Below, in pieces: positions 43,234-52,369 of a stretch of DNA of 64,000 bases. The notes below the pieces were generated by a model. The model ran no database searches. It saw only the letters and a program-made list of their open reading frames with translations, and was not told where the DNA came from. Source of the DNA: an uncultured Verrucomicrobiae bacterium. GTDB taxonomy: Bacteria > Verrucomicrobiota > Verrucomicrobiia > Chthoniobacterales > JAFAMB01. The stretch lies in NCBI GenBank assembly GCA_963762565.1, contig CAVXLD010000001.1, positions 1,339,331 to 1,403,330 of the forward strand, given 5' to 3'. Numbering within the stretch: the first letter of the stretch is position 1; every line of letters begins with the position of its first letter. The translations under genes were made by a program, and so were the position numbers.

Positions 43234-43594
43234 CTATCTGCCGCCTGGTGCTAAAACCCCCCGCACTTCGACCGTGCCGTGCATCGCCCACGGGCAACGC
43301 CCCGCCCCAATCTACCGCTGTCTCCATGTTCGGCACTTCAACTAGAAAGAAGCCGGCCAGCGATTCTTTGGCCTCGGCGTAAGGGCCATCTTCTACCTGG
43401 TTTTTACCTTCCCGGATACGGACAATTTTGCCATTCTCCGGAACTTCCAGGCCGGCACCAGAGACCATGATACCGGAGTCTTGAATTGCCTTTACATAGG
43501 CCATGAACTCGCCCCAGAAAACCGGCCCCTTTACCGGATCGGTGCGCAGATCAAAATCAGCTTTAGAGCCGTGGAATATCAGCATGTATTTCAT
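43234..43594 (-). CDS. YCII/DGPF-domain protein, apparent +1 frameshift near 43300-43308
   Basis: MKYML and DGPYAEAKE.LAGFF; removing one G restores DWAGRCPWAMHGTVEVRGV and a stop at 43234. Confidence 0.8.
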
Positions 43595-43773
43595 AGCAAG
43601 AAGATCAGTTTCGAACCGGCCAACAGAACCAGCTCCACAATGCTGACGTCTTACGGGTAACCGATTTCGACACGGTACCTCGAAAAATTCAGCGCCTTTT
43701 CTTGCTATGCCCAGGATCTCCGCTCTCTAGTGAGCCCTTTCCGCTCCCAGGCTCCCAGCTCCTTTGCGTTTCC

Positions 43774-44862
43774 TCAGATCGCATTTCCCGCCGAATCGAA
43801 CAGATGCACGTTTCCTAAGTCGAAATCGAAACCAACCGAGTCAGCGTGGCGAAGGTCGTTAAATCCTCGTAAGGCAATAGTCAGCCGGTTATTGGCCGGG
43901 GTGAGACCGTGGACGTAGGTTGATTCTCCCAGCGCTTCGACGACTTCGATTGTCAGCAGGCCTTTTCCTGAGGCCTGCGGCACCACCTTTAGATGTTCCG
44001 GCCGAATACCCAAGGTAGCCTCAGATCCTGGTGCAACCTGAACCTCACCGCTCAATGGCACCGATAAAGTGCCCCCGAGGAAATCGTCGCTTTCCAAAGT
44101 GATTTCACCTAACCGGTTCTCCACGACCTTCACCTTAAGAAAATTCATTCTGGGCGCTCCGATAAAGCCGGCTACAAAAAGGTTGACCGGACGCGAGTAA
44201 AGATCCCGTGGTGATCCGATCTGTTCGACACTGCCGTCATTTAAGACGACAATTTTCTCCGCTAAGGTCATGGCTTCGACCTGATCATGGGTAACGTAAA
44301 TCATGGTGGTTTGCAGACCACTATGCAGCTTCGAAAGCTCGATTCGCATCTGGACGCGCAACTCGGCGTCTAAGTTGGATAACGGTTCGTCGAACAGGAA
44401 AATCTCCGGTTCCCTCACAATCGCCCTCCCGATTGCGACGCGCTGCTTTTGCCCGCCGGAGAGTTCTTTAGGTCGTCGTTTCAGATAAGGTGTCAACTGA
44501 AGGATGTCTGCAGCCCTGGCGACCCGCTCTCGAATTTCTTGCTTTGGGCGACCGGCCATTCGTAAACCGAAGCCCATATTGTCTGCGACCGACATATGGG
44601 GGTACAGCGCGTAGGACTGGAAGACCATGGCGACGCCTCGCTTTGCCGGGTCGACTTCGTTCATCAGCTGGCCGCCAATGTAAACCTCGCCCTCGTTTAC
44701 CTCCTCGAGACCAGCGATGATCCTCAACAGGGTCGATTTACCACAACCGGAAGGACCTACCAAAACGACGAATTCGCCGTCGGCGACTTCCAGATCGACA
44801 CTGTGGATAACCTCCGTCTTACCGTAACACTTGATGATTTTCGAGAGGGTGAGACTGGCCAT
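43774..44862 (-). CDS. Sugar ABC transporter ATP-binding protein (MalK/UgpC family)
   Basis: GPSGCGKST, LSGGQKQRVAIGR, DEPLSNLDA and VTHDQVEAM motifs. Confidence 0.95.
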   Translation of the reverse strand: MASLTLSKIIKCYGKTEVIHSVDLEVADGEFVVLVGPSGCGKSTLLRIIAGLEEVNEGEVYIGGQLMNEVDPAKRGVAMVFQSYALYPHMSVADNMGFGLRMAGRPKQEIRERVARAADILQLTPYLKRRPKELSGGQKQRVAIGRAIVREPEIFLFDEPLSNLDAELRVQMRIELSKLHSGLQTTMIYVTHDQVEAMTLAEKIVVLNDGSVEQIGSPRDLYSRPVNLFVAGFIGAPRMNFLKVKVVENRLGEITLESDDFLGGTLSVPLSGEVQVAPGSEATLGIRPEHLKVVPQASGKGLLTIEVVEALGESTYVHGLTPANNRLTIALRGFNDLRHADSVGFDFDLGNVHLFDSAGNAI

Positions 44863-44933
44863 GAGCTTTTAAGTAAAATCCTGAAAAAGTGCAATTTCAG
44901 GTAACAGAGAGGTTCGAGGAGTTCAAGGAGCTG

Positions 44934-45018
44934 GTAGGGCGAGGCTCCCGAAATACCGAACGGTGTCAACAAGGTGCCCCATTTTTGTTGAATTGACCCG
45001 TCCGGAGCCTCGCCCTAT
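44934..45018. mobile_element. Short family A REP doublet flanked by inverted GGAGTTC(A/G)A arrays
   Basis: GTAGGGCGAGGCTCCCG ... TCCGGAGCCTCGCCCTAT; flanks GTTCGAGGAGTTCAAGGAG and CGAACTCCTCGAA. Confidence 0.78.
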
Positions 45019-45298
45019 CGAACTCCTCGAAAACTATTTTCGAAACTTCCGTACGTTTCTTGGGTTACGTCGTGTGAAGTAACGTGTGTGAGAGCGACTG
45101 CGAATTCGCCCGGGAGCGGCGAGTGAAGTGATCGCTGGGAACGCGAACGACTTCGACACAATCTGCTTCGCCCGAACCTGGGTTTTTGGCGGCCGCAGGT
45201 TATCTCTGGTTGGTTGATTGGGTGCAATATCACCTCTTGTCGACCGATCGGAGAAAAAGCAAACGTGGGAAAAACCTTAACAACTGTTTATCAACATC

Positions 45299-45490
45299 AT
45301 GAACAAAGTTATTCTTCTGCTCACGGCGGTGTTGGGCCTCAGCGTTGCAGCATTTGCAGCCGATCCTACACCAGCCCCTTCTGCTAGCGCTGAAGCTTCT
45401 GCTACTGCCAAGAAGCATCACGCCACGCATCACCACACCCATCACGCGAAAGCTTCTGCTAGCGCCAGCGCCAGCGCTACCCCGCAGTAG
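45299..45490 (+). CDS. Small secreted His/Ala/Ser-rich protein (compositionally Asr-like)
   Basis: Signal peptide then ...AKKHHATHHHTHHAKASASASAS; followed by a terminator. Confidence 0.72.
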   Translation: MNKVILLLTAVLGLSVAAFAADPTPAPSASAEASATAKKHHATHHHTHHAKASASASASATPQ

Positions 45491-45520
45491 TTTTCCGGCT
45501 GGGAAAACGGTCTAACTTTA

Positions 45521-45553
45521 AAGACCCGCAGTAACCTGCGGGTCTTATTTTTT
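45521..45553 (+). terminator. Intrinsic terminator
   Basis: AAGACCCGCAG-TAAC-CTGCGGGTCTT followed by ATTTTTT. Confidence 0.85.
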
Positions 45554-45590
45554 GGGAGGGGCGGGGCCGCCAGGCCGAATCGTCCTCGTC

Positions 45591-46553
45591 CTACCCCCCA
45601 GCTGCGAGCTCAGAGAAATACAGTTTCTGGTTGCCGACGTCGATAATGCCGTGGTGTTGGAAAAAGAAATCGGCGCCGAGTAAACCGCCAAACTGGTATC
45701 GAAGATCTTCTGGTCCAGGCGGCAACGCCGTAATTCCGACCACAGTCGTTCCAAGGCTATATTTACCGATACTCATCTGAGGAGCGATTCCTGCCCAGAC
45801 CGCTCTCGTTTTGGAATGGATCCCCTTAGCGTTGACGCCGGTATGAATGATCGGGATGCCGGCTGCCGTAGCGACTTCAACAGGCAGCAGGGTGGTAAAA
45901 CCACCCGTATCAACCACAAAACTGTAACGCTTTCCGTTTAAGCTTCCTTCGATCTCAAGCGCTCCTGAGCGAGCGATGCGCATGGGAATCGATTTGAGAT
46001 GGCGTTTCCGGATATCCAACTGCACACCGGCTAATTCAGACGGGGACGAGCCCATCTGCATGTAGATGCGTTGCTGGGCACAGTCGATAATCGCTTTGTA
46101 GCGTTCCAGGATGTCCAGTCCCAGGATGCCATCCATTGGTACGGCCGTACCATCCGTACGAAGCCTGGCGCGGAAAGACGTTAGATCGATCAGCGCAACC
46201 GGCCCCGAACCAAGGCTTTGCGTACCCAGCCTCAAATTTTGCAGATTTGCAACCGGTACGACCCGGTCGTTGACCTCGATCTGGTTCGGCAGCTCAACGG
46301 TTTTGCCCAGGGCAGCCAGACCGAGCTGCTGTGCTTTCTTCTTGTCGACAATGGTCAGTGCCGCGCCAGTATCTACGGCAAACCAGGCCGGCTTTCGGTT
46401 GACAAGTACCGGCGCAAAAAGATGATTCCCGGTAGTGCGACTCAACACGACTCCGTCCGTTGACTCGTTGGCCTTTGCGCACGGAAGTGCTATAAGGGAA
46501 AAATATAGGACCCCGAAAACCGGTGTGCGGAGTGAAGAAAAGGTTCGCTGCAT
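45591..46553 (-). CDS. Secreted two-domain retropepsin-like aspartyl protease
   Basis: FAVDTGA...GILGLD and FVVDTGG...GLLGAD. Confidence 0.85.
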   Translation of the reverse strand: MQRTFSSLRTPVFGVLYFSLIALPCAKANESTDGVVLSRTTGNHLFAPVLVNRKPAWFAVDTGAALTIVDKKKAQQLGLAALGKTVELPNQIEVNDRVVPVANLQNLRLGTQSLGSGPVALIDLTSFRARLRTDGTAVPMDGILGLDILERYKAIIDCAQQRIYMQMGSSPSELAGVQLDIRKRHLKSIPMRIARSGALEIEGSLNGKRYSFVVDTGGFTTLLPVEVATAAGIPIIHTGVNAKGIHSKTRAVWAGIAPQMSIGKYSLGTTVVGITALPPGPEDLRYQFGGLLGADFFFQHHGIIDVGNQKLYFSELAAGG

Positions 46554-46564
46554 GGCGGAAAATT

Positions 46565-47326
46565 ATGAAGCATACACGATCCGGTACGTTTTGGTGGCGA
46601 ATTTTTATTCTGGCGGCTCTCTGCTTGTTCTCGAGTAAGCCTTTGCGAGGCCAGACGGCTAACGGCTGGGGCGAGATATGGCAACAGCGAATGAGCATCG
46701 GCCAAGCTCGCTTAGACGAGGCATTCAAGCTCGCTGAATCCGGCAAACCAAATGAGGCGCTCGCTCGGATCGACTCGATTATTGCCTCAAATCCTGACAA
46801 CTGGCGGGCTCATTTTTTGAAGGCTGCCGTTTTAGTTTTGGTGAAGCGTCAGGATGATGCTCTTCAGCAAATCGATGAGAGCATAAAACTGGCTCGCAAG
46901 AGCAATGTGAACCAAGCCTTGCTCGGGCAGCTTTACAGTAGCAAAGCTCGCACGTGTATCGACGCTCATCGGTACGAGGACGCGAGGCGAGCTTTGGAAA
47001 CTGCGATTCACATTGATCCAAGTGATACCACCAGTTTGAATGACCTGGCTTGGCTGTTGGCGACAGCTCCGGAACCTCGTGTCCGCAATCCTCACAGGGC
47101 GGTGTCGCTAGCCCAGAAATGTTGCGGCTTAAACCATTGGACCAATGCTTACTCGATCGATACCCTGGCTGCCGCCTACGCGGCCGCCGGGAATTTCGGA
47201 CAAGCGGTTCGCTACCAGCAGCTAGCCATGCAGGCTTTGGACAAGTCGGAACGAGCCGAACAGATAGGAGGCATGCAGGATCGGCTAAAATTGTATTCCA
47301 ATCACCAGACTTACCAAGGTGATTGA
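46565..47326 (+). CDS. Secreted TPR protein
   Basis: Signal peptide; TPR units; NDLAWLLAT and DTLAAAYAAAG.F..A motifs. Confidence 0.82.
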   Translation: MKHTRSGTFWWRIFILAALCLFSSKPLRGQTANGWGEIWQQRMSIGQARLDEAFKLAESGKPNEALARIDSIIASNPDNWRAHFLKAAVLVLVKRQDDALQQIDESIKLARKSNVNQALLGQLYSSKARTCIDAHRYEDARRALETAIHIDPSDTTSLNDLAWLLATAPEPRVRNPHRAVSLAQKCCGLNHWTNAYSIDTLAAAYAAAGNFGQAVRYQQLAMQALDKSERAEQIGGMQDRLKLYSNHQTYQGD

Positions 47327-47331
47327 GACAC

Positions 47332-47475
47332 AAGCTCTAAGTTCCAAGTTCCAAGTTCTAAGTTTTAAGTTTAAGGTTGCTGGTTTTATGTTTCACCGGG
47401 CATCTCGCCGGAGCGCCTCCCCCGCGTCAGGCCAACAACTTAAAACTTGAAACCTATAGCTTAAAACTTAGAACC
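47332..47475. repeat. Inverted heptamer arrays (AAGTTYY)x6 ... (RRAACTT)x5
   Basis: Left 47332-47373 and right 47436-47475. Confidence 0.85.
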
Positions 47476-47484
47476 CTCTCTCTT

Positions 47485-48465
47485 ATGAGCAATGTTCTCC
47501 CCGTTCTCGTCGGCGGCGAAGCCTTGTACGATTTGATTTCGGCGGATCCCGGCGCCGGGCTCGGCGGGACGAAAACTTTTCAGAAGAGGCCGGGCGGCTC
47601 CCCGTTTAACATCGCGGTTGGAATTCGTCGTTTAGACACGCCAGCGGCGTTCGTAGGAAAGGTCGGCGACGATCAATTTGGCGAGGCGTTGGTCGATTTC
47701 TTGAAGAATGAAGGGATCGAAGTTGACCTGATCGTCCGGGAACCGGGTACAAAGACCACGTTGGCATTTGTGGCCGTGGATGCGGCCGGCAAGGTCGATT
47801 TTCGGTTTTACCGTGACAATGCTGCGGATCCATCTCTTCGGACGGCCGAGCTCAAACCAATCGATCCGAAGCGTTACTCGTTTTATCATTGCGGCGGTAT
47901 CGTGCTCGCCCAGGAACCTACCGCGTCAGCCTATCTATCGGTGGTCGATCGGTTCACCGCGCAGGGAGTTCCGGTATCGCTTGATCCGACGATTCGTAAG
48001 TCGCTGATTTCAGATGAGGCCACCTACCTCACCCGGTTGTTGCGCCTGGCCGAAAAGGTCGCCGTGCTGAAGGTCAGCGATGAAGAACTCGCTTTTTTAA
48101 CTCGGGTCGACGATCCGGATGAAGCTGTGCCGTTGCTCCGGGTACCGGTCGGCTCTCTGGTCATCGTCACACGCGGTGCAGACGGGGCTGCTATTTATCG
48201 CGATGGCGAGAAATTGGTCGGTGTGCCCAGCTTCCCGGTTAAAGTGGTCGAGACCACCGGCTGCGGAGACTGTTTCATGGCGGCAATCCTGGCTCAACTG
48301 GCAGGCAAGACCGCAAAGGAGATCGCGAGTATGACCGCGGAGCAACTACAGCCGATCGCCCGATTTGCTAACGCCGCAGCTGCCATCGTCGCTACGCGTT
48401 ATGGAGCCGCCGATGCGAACCCGACCAGGGCCGAGGTGGAGTCGTTCCTAGCGGAGGCGAGATAG
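47485..48465 (+). CDS. PfkB-family carbohydrate kinase (fructokinase-like)
   Basis: GGSPFNIA, GKVGDDQFG and ETTGCGDCF motifs; start moved out of the repeat. Confidence 0.9.
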   Translation: MSNVLPVLVGGEALYDLISADPGAGLGGTKTFQKRPGGSPFNIAVGIRRLDTPAAFVGKVGDDQFGEALVDFLKNEGIEVDLIVREPGTKTTLAFVAVDAAGKVDFRFYRDNAADPSLRTAELKPIDPKRYSFYHCGGIVLAQEPTASAYLSVVDRFTAQGVPVSLDPTIRKSLISDEATYLTRLLRLAEKVAVLKVSDEELAFLTRVDDPDEAVPLLRVPVGSLVIVTRGADGAAIYRDGEKLVGVPSFPVKVVETTGCGDCFMAAILAQLAGKTAKEIASMTAEQLQPIARFANAAAAIVATRYGAADANPTRAEVESFLAEAR

Positions 48466-48515
48466 TTTCCCGAAGAAAAGCCACCAGACATGGTACCGCG
48501 CGGGCCTGCGGTGAA

Positions 48516-48622
48516 AGTGGACGCAGTGGACAAAGTGGACCGAGTGAACTCGTCGACGTCAAAGTTCGGGAAAGCGTTGTCTACTCCGTCTACTTGGTCC
48601 ACTACGTCCACTTTTGTCTACT
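48516..48622. repeat. Inverted nonamer arrays (AGTGGACnn)x4 ... (nGTCYACTn)x5
   Basis: Between convergent genes; same family as 18821-18921. Confidence 0.88.
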
Positions 48623-48639
48623 TGTGGTGCACCCCCAAC

Positions 48640-49398
48640 TCAGATCCTCAGCATCTTTCGCCGGTATTCTTCATCCTGGCGATTCTCGATCCGTTCGATC
48701 TCTGTGGCCGGTAGATGCCGGAGACCGCCCAGTAAATGGGCGCCGCTGAAAATCTCGGCCGCTTTTACCGTCATTAACATTGCGGCTCGCACCGCTTGGG
48801 CGGACGAACCTATGGTGATGACTCCATGATTCCGTAGCAAGATCACCCGAGGCAATCTGCCGTGCGTTCGGCGGAATTCCTCCACATCTTTGCGGATCCG
48901 CTTAGCTAAAGCCAGACCCGGATCAACGTAGGGAATCAGCAACGATATTGGTCCACAACAGACGATTTCATCCGGGCATTGCCGATTTTCGCTGAAGGTT
49001 CTGGCCAATCCGGAGCAAAGAATTCGATTAACTTGGATCGGGTGAGCGTGACCGACGAAATTAATTTCCGGCAGACTCAGCAAGTAAGCATGGAAAAATG
49101 TCTCCACCGAGGGTTTGAAAGCGGCCGAATGGCTACGGCACTCTAGCAAACAGGTCTCGACCTCAGTATCCGACACGTCATCCCGGTCCATCAATGCGAG
49201 CAACCGCTCAAACCGGCAAAGAGTTAACTGGTTGGCAGTCAAGGTTTGCAGACTACTACCGCTGGATTTGACGAAGAACGTCTGCTCATCGACGCGACAG
49301 GATGTATTCCCTTCGCCCAGGATAACGAGACCGCTCTCCCCAAACTCGTGAGAAAGGGCTAACAGCTCTGGCAGAACTGCCGATTGATCAAATGACAT
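48640..49398 (-). CDS. Class II aldolase/adducin family protein
   Basis: GEGNTS, KPSVETFFH, GHAHP and LRNHG motifs. Confidence 0.88.
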   Translation of the reverse strand: MSFDQSAVLPELLALSHEFGESGLVILGEGNTSCRVDEQTFFVKSSGSSLQTLTANQLTLCRFERLLALMDRDDVSDTEVETCLLECRSHSAAFKPSVETFFHAYLLSLPEINFVGHAHPIQVNRILCSGLARTFSENRQCPDEIVCCGPISLLIPYVDPGLALAKRIRKDVEEFRRTHGRLPRVILLRNHGVITIGSSAQAVRAAMLMTVKAAEIFSGAHLLGGLRHLPATEIERIENRQDEEYRRKMLRI

Positions 49399-49448
49399 CT
49401 GGTGTACCGTGTCGCCCAGGAGTTCGAGGAGTTCAAGGGACAGGAGTG

Positions 49449-49717
49449 GTAGGGCGGGGCTCAGGAAAAGGTCTCTTTTGGTGGGGCGAGGCTCCCGAAA
49501 TGCCAATCAATTCTCCCAGAGCAGAGCGCATAGACGCTAACCTTTGGATCAGCAACGCCCAGAGGTGCGCCGAGCCGTGGCCCACGATAGACCACGGCTC
49601 GGCGCGTTTAATGGTGTGACCACGCTGTCCAGCGGGAAGCACCACAGACTTCGTCTTAACTATGGGTTTTTCGGGAGCCTCGCCCCACCAAAATCCTATT
49701 CCGGAGCCTCGCCCTAC
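49449..49717. mobile_element. Nested family A elements: a 208-bp copy (49481-49688) inside a short copy
   Basis: Outer GTAGGGCGGGGCTCAGGAA / TTCCGGAGCCTCGCCCTAC; inner GTGGGGCGAGGCTCCCGAA / TTCGGGAGCCTCGCCCCAC. Confidence 0.82.
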
Positions 49718-49720
49718 CAG

Positions 49721-51319
49721 CTAGAATTCTCCGCAGAAGTGCACTTTCAGACCTAGCTCAGACATAACAGCAGCCTTGGCAAACATGGCCGTGCGAGCAC
49801 TGCCTCGATCATTGGCGTAGGCTACCTGGATATGATTGGATTTGTGCCGAGCCATCATTTGATCTCGCGTTATTCCGTGGAGCACGGCATGCATAATAGG
49901 CCATTGCGGGGTGGTTAACGCCCAGCGTTCCTGAGTTTCTTTTTCTGGCAATTTCACCACCTCACCAATCCCGGTATCAAAGCAAAGATCGCCGTCATCG
50001 ATAAAAATCCGGCTCCAAACGGTCCAGCCTGGCTTACTGACGCCTTTGCAAGTTCCACCGCCCAAACGGAAATACATGGGAGGCTGCCGTTCGCTGGAGG
50101 TACCCCCGTAACCATTAATGAAGTGATTAGGTGGTGCACCGCCACTGATCAAGAACACCCATACGTAGGCGTCCAATTTATCATCTTGATATTGCCGGCC
50201 CCAGCGCAGGTCGTGCAACGTGGTCTCCGGCGGCAGTTTCAACTCGTTCCATACTTCTTTCGTAATTAAGGCGTCGAGTCCGGCGCATTCATCCACCTCG
50301 TTGAAATGAGGCAACGGTTGCCCGGCATAAAGCTCTTGGCCGGTGACTTCATCGTAAACCGGTGGCCGGTCGCTGTTATTCAAAAGCCCTTCCACCAGGT
50401 CGGACGCCGGAGTCAGATCCTTCAGTCCCTGTTGGTATTGGATGCCGATAGCCGCGCAGCCGAACTCGGACGCTATCCGGGTCGCGGCCACATACATCTT
50501 ACACTGTTGCAATACCTGAGATTCAGTCAGGTCAGTTTCCTCGTTGGGGCCGTAGTTAAACTTGACTCCTTTTTTAACCAACCAGTCGTACACTCGGTGC
50601 GCTTCTTCATCCGGGATAGTTAACATCCTGGCGTAGAGCGTCGATTGGCTAAGTCGCTCTTTGAAAATTCCCAGCGGGCTCAGCAGTTCATCAGGAATAA
50701 TGGCGTTGTACATCCCCATGCAGCCTTCATCGAACACACCCAAGATGTACTGTTGTTCGCGGATGGAAGTGGCTAACCGTTCTCCCAGTCTTCTGGGCTC
50801 ACCCGGGATCTTCACTTCCTTGAATTTCATTACGTGGGAAGTGTCATGATTGACCTTATCTGAGGCTAACCATTGCCTTAGCTTTTTGACGAAAAATTTA
50901 TCTCGAAATTCTTCACTCCATAGGCTGCTGTACTTGATCCCAGCCTTGGTCAGCCCACCGTTGAGATTTAGCAGGCCAACTAAGCCAGGCCAAGTACCGC
51001 TCCAGTTGGCTACGGTCAGCTTTGTTCCCTGGTGCGCAAAAAGGCCCGGCAAAATGTGTTGGCTATATTGCCAGACAGACTCCGCCACGACGACCGGCGC
51101 ATCTTTCGGAATAGTCCGAAACACCTGCATCCCCATTTTCTGGCTATCGATAAAGCCGTGACCCTTCTTCTGATCGAAGGGGTGGGCGCGCTTGACTGAG
51201 AACCCCTCTTTTTGGATGGCCTCTACGAGCGCTTTTTCCATCGCCGCTTGGGCCGGTTCGCACTTCTGATTTGCCGAAAGGCGAAGGTCGCCGTTGGCGA
51301 CTAGATACACTGTATTCAT
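49721..51319 (-). CDS. L-fucose/L-arabinose isomerase-related protein
   Basis: ANWSGTWPGLVG, GIQYQQGL, HFNEVDECAG and TTPQWP..HA motifs. Confidence 0.75.
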   Translation of the reverse strand: MNTVYLVANGDLRLSANQKCEPAQAAMEKALVEAIQKEGFSVKRAHPFDQKKGHGFIDSQKMGMQVFRTIPKDAPVVVAESVWQYSQHILPGLFAHQGTKLTVANWSGTWPGLVGLLNLNGGLTKAGIKYSSLWSEEFRDKFFVKKLRQWLASDKVNHDTSHVMKFKEVKIPGEPRRLGERLATSIREQQYILGVFDEGCMGMYNAIIPDELLSPLGIFKERLSQSTLYARMLTIPDEEAHRVYDWLVKKGVKFNYGPNEETDLTESQVLQQCKMYVAATRIASEFGCAAIGIQYQQGLKDLTPASDLVEGLLNNSDRPPVYDEVTGQELYAGQPLPHFNEVDECAGLDALITKEVWNELKLPPETTLHDLRWGRQYQDDKLDAYVWVFLISGGAPPNHFINGYGGTSSERQPPMYFRLGGGTCKGVSKPGWTVWSRIFIDDGDLCFDTGIGEVVKLPEKETQERWALTTPQWPIMHAVLHGITRDQMMARHKSNHIQVAYANDRGSARTAMFAKAAVMSELGLKVHFCGEF

Positions 51320-51538
51320 AAATGCTGATACACGCTCACACGCATCTGGTTGAGACTAGGCATGTCTGAATGGCACGACCGGGAGACGACCATGTGCCGA
51401 CCTTGGCTGCATAGGGGGACTGACCTCCACGGTGAGTAACTCGCCCCTTAGTAAACACATTGCAGGGAGATTCGTCCAGTGAGCGGAACTAATTTTTTAA
51501 TGAACCCGCTGGAACAAGGCTCTCGATGATCTCTATTG

Positions 51539-51747
51539 GTGGGGCGAGGCTCCCGAAATGCCAAACGACTCTCCCAGAGCAGCTTGCGGGGACACCAACC
51601 CATCGATCCACAAGGCCGATACGTGCGGCGAGCCGTGGCCCACGATAGACCACGGCTCGGCGCGTTTAATGGTGTAATTAACCTAGTCGGCCGCAAGGAG
51701 CACGAACTTTCGACCTAACCATGGATTGTTCGGGAGCCTCGCCCCAC
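51539..51747. mobile_element. Family A REPIN/MITE-like element (209 bp)
   Basis: Same terminal repeats; internal CGAGCCGTGGCCCACGATAGACCACGGCTCGGCGCGTTTAATGGTGT identical to the 49481 copy. Confidence 0.85.
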
Positions 51748-51772
51748 CAAAACAATCGCCTCTACCAGGCCC

Positions 51773-52303
51773 TTACCATGTCCTAAACTGGCTAACGACC
51801 GCGTACACCAAAAGAGACGAGAGCAGGATTGCCAGTGCGAAACTGCCGCCGATGATTCCGAAAACGAATATCCAATCTCCTCGGGTGACGGGGTTACCTT
51901 GACCCGCATATTTCTGGAGCAACCGGTAATTTTGCTGATTCGCTTTGAAAATAAAAGTCACGAAATCTCCGATGACGGGGATTCCTTGAAAAAGAGCATT
52001 CAACAATACGTTCAGACCCATCCGGGCCAAAACGATCTTGGGTAGACGGTGCTTTACACTACGTAAAAGAACCGAAGCGGAGATTACCGCATCGATCTGG
52101 TCGCCGACCACCGGGATAAAGCCGATGAGCGGGTTAGCGCCAAACCGGAATTTCGTCCCTGGCACCCGGAACAGAGAATCCATGACATGAGCGACCCCGC
52201 CGATGGCGGCGTCAATCTCGGTGGTGCCGTGATGCTTACGATCAGCCGGCAAAACTTCGCATTCGACTTCTTCTACGTCCGTTTTTTGGTGCGGCGCTTT
52301 CAC
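51773..52303 (-). CDS. DUF4112 family protein
   Basis: MDSLFRVPGT.FRFG..PLIGFIPVVGD and IPVIGD..F.FKAN..N motifs. Confidence 0.82.
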   Translation of the reverse strand: MKAPHQKTDVEEVECEVLPADRKHHGTTEIDAAIGGVAHVMDSLFRVPGTKFRFGANPLIGFIPVVGDQIDAVISASVLLRSVKHRLPKIVLARMGLNVLLNALFQGIPVIGDFVTFIFKANQQNYRLLQKYAGQGNPVTRGDWIFVFGIIGGSFALAILLSSLLVYAVVSQFRTW

Positions 52304-52369
52304 GGCCTACGCGAAACTACACCGGAATGGAGCTTCGCGGTAAGGAGAAAAATTCGTTCGGCTTTCGCC

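Noticed and set aside
41740..45020. Genomic island integrated at tRNA-Ser
   Set aside because: No integrase was seen and I noticed no duplicated tRNA 3' end.
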